From positions 124,001-188,000 of IMG/VR virus record IMGVR_UViG_3300034012_003212: a stretch of DNA of 64,000 nt, one strand, 5' to 3'. The stretch's first letter is position 1, and the number at the start of each line of letters is the position of its first letter. The notes beneath the pieces are model-generated. The model worked only from the letters and a program-made list of their open reading frames with translations. It was not told where the DNA came from and searched no databases. A program made the translations under genes and the position numbers. Positions 28,557-38,634 of this stretch are shown here, piece by piece.

Positions 28557-29630
28557 ATGTCAATAGGATTCACTAAAGATTTTGATACATCGCATTTTAA
28601 TGAACAGGAGTTCGTCAGGGCGTGGGGGTCTATATCTTCACTTGGAAAAGATTTCGTAAAGGAGATGAAGAGCAACATCGGAACCGATATTGTTCTCAGA
28701 GAAGGTATAAGCAATAATTCCGTGATCTATGCGAAAGCATCTCTTTTCCTATTGGGGTACAGCCAGGTAAATGATGGGGATTCTGAGAACTACTTTGATA
28801 AGTATACCGGAGATGCGGTTGAAAAATTCAAAAAGCTGTATAGTGATGAGTTCGAGACGATAGACGTCAATAGGAACATAGACTCTGAATTTTTTAACGC
28901 ATTGTCGAACGTGTTTTCGATGACAGATTCAAATGCGGTCACGATGTTAAAAAAGGAACTTGATTCAAGAAATCCTGTAAATCAACAAGACCAGGGATAT
29001 AAAGGAGATTCAGGGGATTTAGAGAAAATAGGAAAGAATGATTCGACTGCTTTGCAGAAGATGATTTCGACCGGAGTGATTGCCCATCCAGACTTTCAAC
29101 AAACGAGGATAGTTTTACCAAAACCGTCTGGAAAATACGAAGAAGAATTAGTATATGGGGATAATTATCCTGCAAAAGATGAATATTTTTACTACGCAAA
29201 GCAGTCTGTTATATACAGTTACACGTACGATGGTGAAACACAAGTTAGCCCTAATTTTAAGGTAAAGGAATTCCGCTGTCCTATAACAGATATCATACTC
29301 ATAAATCCATTTCTTGTTGAAATACTTGAAAGGCTGAGGACCACATTCAATGGCAGATCTGTTAATATATTGAGTGGATACAGGAGCCCAAAATACAATG
29401 AAATTATCCGTAGGGATAGCATCCGTAAAGACGCAAACAAAAAGGGGAACGTCGCTATAAACTCTCAACATAAATTTGGAAATGCTGCAGATATTTTGAT
29501 AGATGGTGTTAAGCCTAGCGCAGTGTTTAAATTCCTTAACCCGTGGTGGCAAGGCGGTTTGGGGAAATATCCAGGTTTCACACACGTAGATGTAAGAAAT
29601 GAATTGGGATCTGGCCGATCCAGATGGTAA
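28557..29630 (+). CDS. Peptidoglycan-binding domain plus M15A zinc peptidase
   Basis: FKVKEFRC, LSGYRS..YN, SQHKFGNAADI and FTHVDVR motifs. Confidence 0.85.
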   Translation: MSIGFTKDFDTSHFNEQEFVRAWGSISSLGKDFVKEMKSNIGTDIVLREGISNNSVIYAKASLFLLGYSQVNDGDSENYFDKYTGDAVEKFKKLYSDEFETIDVNRNIDSEFFNALSNVFSMTDSNAVTMLKKELDSRNPVNQQDQGYKGDSGDLEKIGKNDSTALQKMISTGVIAHPDFQQTRIVLPKPSGKYEEELVYGDNYPAKDEYFYYAKQSVIYSYTYDGETQVSPNFKVKEFRCPITDIILINPFLVEILERLRTTFNGRSVNILSGYRSPKYNEIIRRDSIRKDANKKGNVAINSQHKFGNAADILIDGVKPSAVFKFLNPWWQGGLGKYPGFTHVDVRNELGSGRSRW

Positions 29631-29890
29631 TTAATAACGACTCTCATGATATGGATTTAGAAAAGGCCATAGACGCATACTATTCTGAAGATTCAAATCA
29701 GACATCCGAAAATTTTCTTGAGGCCTGTCAAATACTTATAGACACAGGTTTTTGGCTATTGATGGATAAAAATGTTGCACAGACGTGCACAATACTCATA
29801 GAAAAGGGAGTACTGCTACCCCCGGAAAAAGATCAGCGCATAGGCGATAGTGAATTTTTTGTAAAAGGTTTTCCACGCATCTTCCACTAA
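29624..29890 (+). CDS. Hypothetical protein
   Basis: 88-aa ORF in the operon. Confidence 0.6.
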   Translation: MVINNDSHDMDLEKAIDAYYSEDSNQTSENFLEACQILIDTGFWLLMDKNVAQTCTILIEKGVLLPPEKDQRIGDSEFFVKGFPRIFH

Positions 29891-29891
29891 T

Positions 29892-30167
29892 ATGAACATA
29901 ACAGTAAAAAGGTTCTATTCCAGCAGTTCATCACCGTGCAGTCTCCTGTCTCCTGTATTTGACCTCCTTCGAACGAGATTCCAAGGAGAAGTACAATTTG
30001 TTGACATCGATGTAAACATAGATAAAAATGAGAGTAAAATCTATGATGTTCGCGGTGTTCCTTTCGTTGTTGTAGAATCTTCAGGGAAAAAACTGAAGCA
30101 ACTTTCCGGAAAGTATGACTACCAATACTACGAGCAACATATACTAGAGTCGCTAGAATCCATTTAA
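29892..30167 (+). CDS. Thioredoxin-fold protein (SxxC)
   Basis: FYSSSSSPC, IDVN and VRGVP cis-Pro loop. Confidence 0.75.
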   Translation: MNITVKRFYSSSSSPCSLLSPVFDLLRTRFQGEVQFVDIDVNIDKNESKIYDVRGVPFVVVESSGKKLKQLSGKYDYQYYEQHILESLESI

Positions 30168-30188
30168 CCTACGTGTAGTATCAATAAT

Positions 30189-30884
30189 ATGAATGTAAAG
30201 TTTGTATCCATAACTTCTTCTGATGTGCAGGATGAGGACGGAAACCATTTCTCTCCGGAAGAATTCATAGTATACATCGCAAGGGTTAGTAATCCTTCAA
30301 ATCAGATGAACAGGGAAACCTCTGATAGGCTACTACGATATCTCATACAGCATAAACACTGGTCTCCGTTTGAGTTTGTTGATATGACCGTCGAGATAAC
30401 AACAAGAAGAAGTATAGCAGCTCAGATATTACGGCATAAGAGTTTTTCTTTCCAGGAATTCAGTATGCGATATAGCAATGCTCAGGAGATAGAAGAAATT
30501 GAGCTCCGCAAACAGGCCGAAAAGAATCGACAGTCTTCGACTGAATCCTTCGATCCTATACTTGATAATGTGGTTCTTGGAGAACATGGTAGTGAAGGGG
30601 GGATAAAGGCATCCGATGCCATAAGCACATTCCTTGAATCTTCCATGAAATTATACGCAGAATTACTAAGAGCGGGAGTTGCGCGGGAAGTTGCAAGAGA
30701 CATTCTGCCTCTTGCGACAGAGACTCGAATGTACATGAAAGGGAGTGTGAGAAGCTGGATACACTACCTCGAGTTACGAATGAAGAGCGATACACAAAAA
30801 GAACACAGGGAGATTGCAGAAAGCATCTACTCGATATTCAAAGAAAAGTTTCCTATCATACACAGATCTTTATCCAAAGACTGA
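30189..30884 (+). CDS. thyX: Flavin-dependent thymidylate synthase
   Basis: HWSPFE, QILRHKSFSFQEFSMRY, AREVAR and TQKEHR motifs. Confidence 0.95.
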   Translation: MNVKFVSITSSDVQDEDGNHFSPEEFIVYIARVSNPSNQMNRETSDRLLRYLIQHKHWSPFEFVDMTVEITTRRSIAAQILRHKSFSFQEFSMRYSNAQEIEEIELRKQAEKNRQSSTESFDPILDNVVLGEHGSEGGIKASDAISTFLESSMKLYAELLRAGVAREVARDILPLATETRMYMKGSVRSWIHYLELRMKSDTQKEHREIAESIYSIFKEKFPIIHRSLSKD

Positions 30885-30914
30885 TTTTTTTTGTAATTTA
30901 TACAGGATTACCTT

Positions 30915-31175
30915 ATGCTAGACATTCAGCAGCTTATTGCCCTAGAATTCTTTATCGGTGTATTTGCATTTTTGGCATGGAAATGCTACAGCTATGTAAA
31001 AAGTTTATCGGAAGATATCATCAAAATCGAAGGTATCTTATACGATTTTTCTGAGAAACTCACTGAAATCTCAGATATCGCTAGTAAGGATCGCAAAGAA
31101 TTGCTAGATATAATACGGAACACAAATCAGGATGTATATGAGAGGATAATACACATAGAAAGAGAATTACGATAG
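30915..31175 (+). CDS. Small membrane-anchored coiled-coil protein
   Basis: N-terminal hydrophobic helix. Confidence 0.55.
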   Translation: MLDIQQLIALEFFIGVFAFLAWKCYSYVKSLSEDIIKIEGILYDFSEKLTEISDIASKDRKELLDIIRNTNQDVYERIIHIERELR

Positions 31176-31231
31176 TAGATTTAGGATTTACCATAAAAGA
31201 ACAGATCATTTAACAAAATTTTTATTAGTAT

Positions 31232-31468
31232 ATGCACTACTTAGCTAAAGTGAAGTTTGAGTTCACAGACGAGAATGAAAAGAAGAAGACAAAGACGAGA
31301 AAATACATCGTCGAAGCTGTGTCAGTTGGTGATGCCGAGATGATTGTACACGAAAACCTTAAGGATATGGCGGTCATAGGTTTTACTGTTACGACAATCG
31401 GAGAGTTTGAGATCGAGGAATACCTCACAAAGGAAACTGCTAAAAATAGAAAGTACGGACAATCATGA
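31232..31468 (+). CDS. DUF4494-like protein
   Basis: AKVKFE...KKTK..KYIVEAVSVGDAE pattern, typical of Bacteroidota and their phages. Confidence 0.65.
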   Translation: MHYLAKVKFEFTDENEKKKTKTRKYIVEAVSVGDAEMIVHENLKDMAVIGFTVTTIGEFEIEEYLTKETAKNRKYGQS

Positions 31469-31641
31469 TTACGGTAATTTTTGTAATAACGATCGTTATG
31501 CTGTACGTTACATGGCAAGATTCCCGTGAAACGTACAGATGTATCAAGCAACTCGAGGATAGGATCCACGCGCTGGAACAAAAAGAAAAATCCGATATGT
31601 CGATGAGGTCATCGTTGCATGCAGATATACTAAAATCATGA
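31465..31641 (+). CDS. Small membrane protein (58 aa, not in track)
   Basis: MITVIFVITIVMLYVTWQ...; ATGA overlaps at both ends. Confidence 0.55.
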   Translation: MITVIFVITIVMLYVTWQDSRETYRCIKQLEDRIHALEQKEKSDMSMRSSLHADILKS

Positions 31642-32348
31642 TGCACAACCCATCCATTTATTACCATATATTCTGCCACGATGGATGGAAGGATATGTTC
31701 CAGGAACAGCTGTTAAAGATCGTATCAAGCGGCCTGTTGTACGAGTGCAGATCCTTATGTTTTTCCGTTGTCGGCTACACAGAAGATGACCTTAAATGGA
31801 TAAATGGAGTTTCTTCGAACATAGAAAATTCCAGGGTCCATGCAGTCGATAGTAGTATATGGCATCTGCAAGAACGCGCAACACTTCTAAACATGCACAG
31901 AGAATGCGGAAGCGATAGAGATGGAGACTGGCCAATTCTTTACATGCACATGAAAGGCCTGACTCGAAGGGGGTATAATAGCGATATGTGGAGGATCTAT
32001 ATGGATCATTTCAATATCTCTGAATGGAGAAGAGCCGTAAAGAAATTGCAGGAAGGTTTTCTTGCGTATGGGGTCAACCTCAGGGATGATACCGAAGAGC
32101 ACTTTCACAAAAAATACCTCCACTATAGCGGTAATATGTGGTGGTCCAGGGCATCTCACATACGATCACTCAATACGGATTTCATAAAAGATCAAAGCAC
32201 CTGGCTTTCCAGGTGGAATTCTGAATTTTGGATAGGAACCAACGGGGATCGTGAAAGGTTCTTCTGCATACATGAATCAGGCGTCGATCACTACAAAGAA
32301 CCATACGAAGTGTGTAATTACATCTCTCTAAAAAGATTGGAGATATAG
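31638..32348 (+). CDS. Glycosyltransferase-like protein
   Basis: IYYHI, ERATL, LYMHMKG, HYSGNMWWSR and EFWIG motifs seen in viral GT-like proteins. Confidence 0.55.
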   Translation: MMHNPSIYYHIFCHDGWKDMFQEQLLKIVSSGLLYECRSLCFSVVGYTEDDLKWINGVSSNIENSRVHAVDSSIWHLQERATLLNMHRECGSDRDGDWPILYMHMKGLTRRGYNSDMWRIYMDHFNISEWRRAVKKLQEGFLAYGVNLRDDTEEHFHKKYLHYSGNMWWSRASHIRSLNTDFIKDQSTWLSRWNSEFWIGTNGDRERFFCIHESGVDHYKEPYEVCNYISLKRLEI

Positions 32349-32349
32349 A

Positions 32350-32580
32350 GTGTACAACAATTTCATCTCAGTTGACGGAAAGAAACTGGAGGTAAAGTTC
32401 ACAGTCAATCGTCCCATAACAGACGAGGAAAAAAACATGCTAATGGAAAGAAACCCTCTTGTGAACATAGTTGTCAGAGATGTTGCGGGTAGCATGTATT
32501 TCTGCCGTGAATGCGAAGATGCAGATTTCAGGGAAATCACAGAAGATAGTGTACCCCAGAAAATTTTGCAAGAAGGCTAA
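32350..32580 (+). CDS. Hypothetical protein
   Basis: 76-aa ORF in the operon. Confidence 0.5.
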   Translation: MYNNFISVDGKKLEVKFTVNRPITDEEKNMLMERNPLVNIVVRDVAGSMYFCRECEDADFREITEDSVPQKILQEG

Positions 32581-32609
32581 AAATATTTTTTTTGTATTCG
32601 TGGATGTGT

Positions 32610-32617
32610 TATGTTTG
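32610..32617 (+). promoter_or_regulatory. Bacteroidota-type -7 promoter TATGTTTG
   Basis: Same TTATGTTTGCA core as the 22.5-24 kb cassettes, preceded by A/T tracts. Confidence 0.6.
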
Positions 32618-32652
32618 CATCAACATTTTTCCACAACCAAAGGAGTATTTTT

Positions 32653-33777
32653 ATGGAAAAGCAAGAAGCCTTGAGCATCCTAGAATCAAATAAGGATGCA
32701 TGGTTCAATGACGATTCTTCATGCAAAGTGCTGAAAGGATCTGACATTCATCTCGTAGAGAGCGGTATTGCGATAAGCGGAATGCCTGCGACAAAAAAAG
32801 CCATCGACAAACTCTTATCCAGGATGGGCTTGAATAACAAGTTCATGGATTACAAGAATCTGAGCGATGTCGGAGTAAAAAGATTCAATGAGACGATGGA
32901 CAACATCGTTGATTGGAACAAAGACCGGAAATTGTTGGCATACATAGACAACAAAAAAATTGTTGACATTGTTCCATGTAACCCGTCCCAAGATTTTCAG
33001 AAGAACGAACACCTCAATGTCATCTACAATGAGATCAGGGAGAACATAGAACTTCTCACTGATGATAAGATTGTCGATAATTTCAAAATTGACACAGAAT
33101 CAAAAGAGATAAAGGTTTCCCTTGTTTCTCCTGATTCAAAATTCGCAATGTTGAAAGAAGATGAGTGGGTTCTTGGGTCCCTCATAGGTGCGAGTCTATC
33201 GGGCGTTAGTTATTCTCCGTATTACGGAAGACTCGTCTGCATGAATGGGATGATTGACGGAATAAAACTGAGGAATAGTGTGATAAACGGAAAAAATCAC
33301 ACAACTGATGTTATGCGGACGTACATCGGAAGAGGCTTCAGGATGTCCGAAGCATCTAATGATCACATCCAGAAGATAGGAAGATCTTCGATAGAAACCC
33401 CGGCAAGTCTTGCGGAATATATGATGTTCAGAAATTTGATGTCTTCTCTCATGGATGATCGTGACGTCGAAGAAAGACAACCATTCCTCGATAAGGTATT
33501 TAGTATCCGTGAGGCGATCAATGCGTACGGATGCGATGTCACTAGCAAGAGCCGCACGTGGCAGCAGAGTGCACTTTCAGGACTTTCAGTATACGAACTA
33601 CTCAATGATATAACAAAATTCACGACACACGATAATACATTATCTGAAGAGAACCGTGTGATTATGAACAAAGAAGCTTCCAAGTGGTTCTTGCGATCAG
33701 CGTGGCACAATTTAGATGTAGCGCCTCGTGTTAACTTTTCAAAAAGTCCTACGTATAATGATAGTGTCCTTGTGTAA
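32653..33777 (+). CDS. DUF932/DUF945-like protein
   Basis: RLVCMNGM motif and C-terminal YELLNDITKFTTH; AGGAG upstream of the start. Confidence 0.5.
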   Translation: MEKQEALSILESNKDAWFNDDSSCKVLKGSDIHLVESGIAISGMPATKKAIDKLLSRMGLNNKFMDYKNLSDVGVKRFNETMDNIVDWNKDRKLLAYIDNKKIVDIVPCNPSQDFQKNEHLNVIYNEIRENIELLTDDKIVDNFKIDTESKEIKVSLVSPDSKFAMLKEDEWVLGSLIGASLSGVSYSPYYGRLVCMNGMIDGIKLRNSVINGKNHTTDVMRTYIGRGFRMSEASNDHIQKIGRSSIETPASLAEYMMFRNLMSSLMDDRDVEERQPFLDKVFSIREAINAYGCDVTSKSRTWQQSALSGLSVYELLNDITKFTTHDNTLSEENRVIMNKEASKWFLRSAWHNLDVAPRVNFSKSPTYNDSVLV

Positions 33778-33791
33778 TAGGACTAAGATTT

Positions 33792-33876
33792 AAAAAACCC
33801 AGGGGTCCATTCACGATTCGGCTCCTTTGATCGTTGTAAAAAGTTATACCAACGAATGGACCCTGAAGGTTTTTTT
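33792..33876 (+). ncRNA. Structured RNA element/complex terminator
   Basis: GGGTCCATTC pairs with GAATGGACCC, enclosing internal hairpins; followed by a T7 tract. Confidence 0.45.
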
Positions 33877-33903
33877 CTGCAATAAAAATACAATTCAAAT
33901 AGC

Positions 33904-34080
33904 ATGGCAATAACATTCATCTTTTCGTTAATCGGCGTCCTCTTAATAGCAGCAGGTGCCGCTTTTTTAGTAGATCTCGCATTTTATAACGACGATGAAT
34001 ACATCGAAGATGTTATTATTCATGATGATCCTTATGATCAGGATGAAAGATTTGCCAATGTAGGAGATCCCGAAGAATAA
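33904..34080 (+). CDS. Small membrane protein with acidic tail (58 aa, not in track)
   Basis: MAITFIFSLIGVLLIAAGAAFLVDLAFYNDDEY... Confidence 0.5.
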   Translation: MAITFIFSLIGVLLIAAGAAFLVDLAFYNDDEYIEDVIIHDDPYDQDERFANVGDPEE

Positions 34081-34115
34081 TATCCCCTATTCACTCCAGC
34101 AACACTTACCTTACA

Positions 34116-35120
34116 ATGCCCCACATGGCGAACTACCTCGTCAATACCCCCGATTGGTCAGACACACCAGAATTAAAAGAATATGTGCTTTCAGAAATGA
34201 AGGCCGAAAGATGGGGAAGGGCTCTAAAAGCTCTACGCATTCTTCAACAACGAGGTGAACATGAGTTTGTCGAAGCTCGGTTCGATTTTGTCCTTCATTA
34301 TGCAGCAGTGAGCGATGATCTGCTCACTGGATTTACTATACCTAGGCCACCGGAAACTGATACGCTTGTATTTGGGCCTCCCGCAGGATTAGCGGGGATA
34401 GGAGACAATCTTATTTTTTCAACCGTTCCTGCTGCCGCAAGAGCTTCCGGATATAAGAAGATTCTACTTACCAATACCCACGGACTTTCAGGTGAAGTCT
34501 TTGATTTCGTATGGGGGAAAAAGGAAGGAATCCATGCTATTGATGGTGTGACAGATGAACCTCCAACGAATAACCAAGTCTGGATGTGGGATATACTACA
34601 GTCTGTATACAGCCCAAAGCGTAATTTGAGTATGTTGCAGAGGGTATGTATGAGTTATGGCCTTGATCCCAATCTCTCGCATGACACGCCCATAGTTGAT
34701 TACTACTATAGATATAACAAGGAATTGCACGATCGAGTAAAGAATCGTGTGGTCATAGATGTTGGCACAAATAGTGCATCTGGGCGATTTTCGTCTATTG
34801 ATCCGTCCCGTGTTATTGCTGCTCTTGAAGATATAGGAATAGATGACTTCTGTATAGTTAAACCCAAGGATCCATCAGAAAAATGGGGATGCATTGAAAT
34901 ACCTGATAGAGAAGTAATAGAGTGTGACAATATAGAAGACTACGCAAATGTTGTAGAGTTTTCGGATAGATTCTTGACGATATCGAATGGCGGGTACTGG
35001 ATAGCTGGTGCACTAAGAAAGGGTGATCAGGTGAAGAAAACTTGGCACATAGAAGTTAAAGGGGCGGAACAAGGATACCCGAGTTGGATGACACTCCCCT
35101 TTTCACTGATGACCTGTTGA
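34116..35120 (+). CDS. GT9/heptosyltransferase-like glycosyltransferase
   Basis: GIGDNLIFS motif and C-terminal FLTISNGGYWIAGAL motif. Confidence 0.55.
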   Translation: MPHMANYLVNTPDWSDTPELKEYVLSEMKAERWGRALKALRILQQRGEHEFVEARFDFVLHYAAVSDDLLTGFTIPRPPETDTLVFGPPAGLAGIGDNLIFSTVPAAARASGYKKILLTNTHGLSGEVFDFVWGKKEGIHAIDGVTDEPPTNNQVWMWDILQSVYSPKRNLSMLQRVCMSYGLDPNLSHDTPIVDYYYRYNKELHDRVKNRVVIDVGTNSASGRFSSIDPSRVIAALEDIGIDDFCIVKPKDPSEKWGCIEIPDREVIECDNIEDYANVVEFSDRFLTISNGGYWIAGALRKGDQVKKTWHIEVKGAEQGYPSWMTLPFSLMTC

Positions 35121-35147
35121 TATATACAGTGAAAAAATAATTTCACG

Positions 35148-35726
35148 ATGAAGGTACTATCATTCTTAGAATTTCTAAAGGAATCTGAGGAAGCAGAAAC
35201 ACCAATAGATTCTATTGAGCCGATTGAAGATGATGTGGAAGGGGAAACCAATGAAGACCTCCGCGCATGGTTCGGAAAAGGAAAAAAGGGTGGATACGGC
35301 GGCGGGGGCTGGGATAGGTATAGCACAACAGGAGAAAGGATTGGTAAATGCGGAGGCGCAGATGAAGGCGATCCGTATCCAGTGTGCATGTCCAGAGAAA
35401 TGGCCGAGAAGCTAGGAAAAAAAGGAATAGCTGCATATGTTAAAAAGAAGAGGGCAGCAAAGAAGAAGGGCGGAGATTCAAAAAAAGGTCTCGAGAGATC
35501 TAAAGGACAGTCTCCTATATGGACTAAGATAAAAATAGATGAATCCTCGATAGAGCAGATTGAGCTAGTATTAGAAAAGAACGTCCCCACTGATAAGAAA
35601 AAATGGGCATACTATATCGCACAGGCAAAGAAAAAGTTTGATGTGTATCCATCTGTTTATGCCAATGCTTGGGCGGCTAAGATGTATAAAAAAGCTGGGG
35701 GCGGTTGGAGGAAGATAGAGAAATAG
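35148..35726 (+). CDS. Basic Gly/Lys-rich T4-like head protein
   Basis: Starts MKVLSFLEFLKES; EDLRAWF, AKKKFDVYPS.YAN and YKKAGGGWR motifs; GATATATAC upstream. Confidence 0.65.
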   Translation: MKVLSFLEFLKESEEAETPIDSIEPIEDDVEGETNEDLRAWFGKGKKGGYGGGGWDRYSTTGERIGKCGGADEGDPYPVCMSREMAEKLGKKGIAAYVKKKRAAKKKGGDSKKGLERSKGQSPIWTKIKIDESSIEQIELVLEKNVPTDKKKWAYYIAQAKKKFDVYPSVYANAWAAKMYKKAGGGWRKIEK

Positions 35727-35762
35727 TTACACTGCTAGTGATATATAGAAAAAAAAACAAGT

Positions 35763-36404
35763 ATGAACGTATTAACATATTCCGAATTCCTTCTTGAAGC
35801 AGAAGAACACAAAATGGGAAGTTCTAGCAAGATTCAAGAAGTCTATAAGAAAGGCACAAAAGAAATCGATCGTCTTATAATGGAGGCGTCAGGAACAGAT
35901 TCAGAAATTATAGATTCTATGATGGATGAATTCATCAAAACTAAAGCCCTAATGGAAGAGGCGGTTACCACGCATGAGTTGGTAAAAAAGCAGACAAAGG
36001 GAAAGATCAATGAGGCCTTTGATGCCGAACAAAGGTTTATAACAAGAGTTATTCAGACGGTGAAATATACGTTCACCTTTAGCAAATACATAAAGGGGCA
36101 TGAAAAGGAACAGAAGACTGTGAACTACGAATCTGTTTTGAAAGATTTGACATCCCTTTTTCCCCAAATCAATGAAGCTTTACAAGAGATCATAGAAAAA
36201 CACACTGAAGTTAAAACAGTCACAAAATCTGAGATCGAGGGCAGTTTGGATAGATCTCGCATAGAGTTAAATGAATCTCTTGCCGATATTTTAGAGTCAA
36301 TTGCAAAGAAGATAAGAGGAATATACGTGAAGCTCGCAAATAAGTTGAACAAAGTGTCAGATAAGATTGATGCTAAGTTGGAAAAGTACAAGGAACTCGT
36401 ATAG
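35763..36404 (+). CDS. Coiled-coil protein with capsid-targeting-like N-terminus
   Basis: Starts MNVLTYSEFLLEA; GATATATAG at 35740-35748. Confidence 0.65.
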   Translation: MNVLTYSEFLLEAEEHKMGSSSKIQEVYKKGTKEIDRLIMEASGTDSEIIDSMMDEFIKTKALMEEAVTTHELVKKQTKGKINEAFDAEQRFITRVIQTVKYTFTFSKYIKGHEKEQKTVNYESVLKDLTSLFPQINEALQEIIEKHTEVKTVTKSEIEGSLDRSRIELNESLADILESIAKKIRGIYVKLANKLNKVSDKIDAKLEKYKELV

Positions 36405-36428
36405 TAACATGACTTCATGATACATTGG

Positions 36429-36458
36429 GGTGCATTATGCAAGTAGTGCACCTTTTTT
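36429..36458 (+). terminator. Intrinsic terminator
   Basis: GGTGCATTA...TAGTGCACC hairpin plus T6. Confidence 0.6.
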
Positions 36459-36617
36459 ATGAAAAAATTAGAAGAATGCAAGAAAAAATTACAGTTTCAT
36501 TTTTATGCATCGTAATAACAAGTATGCTTACTGTATTTGTACATAGTATGGCAAACAGGAAACATAGAAAAACTTAACATCATCGTTTTTTTCAAATATA
36601 AGAAATAAAAAAATCCT

Positions 36618-37769
36618 ATGCAAAAAGAAAAAGAGATACCCCTTTTCAAGGTCTACATGTCAGATGAATCAATAGAGAGGGTGGATTCCGTCCTTAGCTC
36701 CGGATTCATAGGTCAAGGTGAAGTCGTAGATGAATTCGAGAACATGATAAAGGATATATTCCAGTGGGATTATATTCTTACAGTTAACTCAGCTACGTCT
36801 GCAGAACATCTTGCCCTCCACATGCTCAAGACCACTCGAGGGCTGAAACCCGGAGATGAGGTTCTTGCCACACCACTGACATGCACTGCATCAAACTGGC
36901 CGATACTTGCAAATGGATTAAAAATCAAATGGGTTGACGTTGATCCAAACACCCTTAATATGGATATAGATGATCTAGCGAGAAAGATAGGCCCAGAGAC
37001 CAGGGCAGTAATGCTAGTACACTGGGGAGGATTTCCTAATGATCTCGATCGTGTGAAACAGGTTATACAAAACGCCGAATCCATATACGGAAACAAAATC
37101 TATGTGATAGAAGATTGTGCCCATGCCATGGGGAGCACATACAAGGGGAGGAGAATTGGTACACATGATAACATCTGTACATTTAGCTTACAGGCGATAA
37201 AGCATGTTACATCCGGAGACGGCGGCATTCTGTTTCTTCCGTCAGATTCGGCTGACCTATACAAGAAGGGTAAACTCCTCAGGTGGTATGGAATAGACAG
37301 GGAGACCAACAGGAAGGATTTCCGATGTGAGGCAGATGTTGCAGAATGGGGATTCAAGTTCCATATGAATGACATAAATGCAGCAATTGGTATAGGTAAT
37401 ATGAAGCAGATGAGTCATATAATAGCAGGCCACAATAGTAATGGTAAATTCTACGATAGGGAGCTAAAGGGAATCGATGGTGTGACAGTTCTCAGAAAGA
37501 ACATACCATATGAATATGAGTCATCGTTCTGGATTTATAGCATACTCGTTGAGAGGAAGATGGACTTTCAAAGGGCGATGAAAGATAGAGGAATAGCATG
37601 CAGCCAAGTGCACGAGAGGAATGATATACACACAACAGTCAGGGAATACAAGTCTCTACTTCCATCGCTGGATACGATAACACCGAGGCTTAGTTCTATA
37701 CCCGTGGGTTGGTGGGTTACCGATGAAGATCGCGAAAGGATCGTAGAAGCGATAAAGAAGGGGTGGTAA
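36618..37769 (+). CDS. DegT/DnrJ/EryC1/StrS PLP-dependent sugar aminotransferase
   Basis: VNSATSA, VHWGG, EDCAHA, FSLQAIKH (PLP lysine) and GDGG motifs. Confidence 0.93.
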   Translation: MQKEKEIPLFKVYMSDESIERVDSVLSSGFIGQGEVVDEFENMIKDIFQWDYILTVNSATSAEHLALHMLKTTRGLKPGDEVLATPLTCTASNWPILANGLKIKWVDVDPNTLNMDIDDLARKIGPETRAVMLVHWGGFPNDLDRVKQVIQNAESIYGNKIYVIEDCAHAMGSTYKGRRIGTHDNICTFSLQAIKHVTSGDGGILFLPSDSADLYKKGKLLRWYGIDRETNRKDFRCEADVAEWGFKFHMNDINAAIGIGNMKQMSHIIAGHNSNGKFYDRELKGIDGVTVLRKNIPYEYESSFWIYSILVERKMDFQRAMKDRGIACSQVHERNDIHTTVREYKSLLPSLDTITPRLSSIPVGWWVTDEDRERIVEAIKKGW

Positions 37770-37770
37770 G

Positions 37771-38634
37771 ATGTTACATTACATCGCGTCGGTATATACG
37801 GGCGTTCGACAGAATAAATTCGTCAATGAGATACTTGCTAACGACCCGTCTCATTACGTGAAGATACATCTTGAACGGCTGAGGCTTTATGGTGATAGCA
37901 ACATACAACGTGTTACATTTGCCATAAGCCCATCATCTGATCCAGAAAGGGATCGTTCTGTCATGGAGTACGCATCTTCAGTTGATTTAGGCTTTGCCGT
38001 GACGGACTCATACATAAAAGAAAATAACAAGTATTTTTCGTATGGGTGTTGGGAAGACTGCGTTCGTAGGAATATGGGCGGACTTGATTTTTTCCTCATA
38101 GAGGATGATTACTTCCCGGCCGTAAAGGGATTCTATGAACCATTCGTCAATGGTTTAAATTCTAAAGAGGGGGTTGCGTATTCATGTCAGTGGTATAAGA
38201 ATAGACATGCTGCTATAAGTAATGGAGTTCTTTCAGTAAAGGCTGCAAAAAAACACATAGAAGAATTTGGAGAATCATTGCTTCTTTCTAAGTTTGACGC
38301 AGTAGTATATCCTCCGGAAATGCCAGAAGATAGAGACCGAATAGAGATGCTGTACATAAAGAAGAATTCCCCTCATCAGCAGAGGAGGCCGCTCATGAAA
38401 CAAAGGCCAAAACCGATCTCAATAAAAAATATGCCACCGCCTGGATTTAAGGTTATCCATCCTGGGGTTTTTGCACAGGAGAGGTTTCTACAGGGATACG
38501 AAGCCCTTGGTTATAGTTTTGTTGATCTGATGGATGAGTACATGCACCCATTTCTTTCGGATGCCAAAACTGTAAAAGAGTATGGAAAAAAGGGCGGGAA
38601 GGTTTTAATAGACTGTGATTTTTACAAGCAATGA
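37771..38634 (+). CDS. GT-A fold glycosyltransferase-like protein
   Basis: SYGCW and FLIEDDY motifs; paralogous to 39314-40138. Confidence 0.6.
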   Translation: MLHYIASVYTGVRQNKFVNEILANDPSHYVKIHLERLRLYGDSNIQRVTFAISPSSDPERDRSVMEYASSVDLGFAVTDSYIKENNKYFSYGCWEDCVRRNMGGLDFFLIEDDYFPAVKGFYEPFVNGLNSKEGVAYSCQWYKNRHAAISNGVLSVKAAKKHIEEFGESLLLSKFDAVVYPPEMPEDRDRIEMLYIKKNSPHQQRRPLMKQRPKPISIKNMPPPGFKVIHPGVFAQERFLQGYEALGYSFVDLMDEYMHPFLSDAKTVKEYGKKGGKVLIDCDFYKQ

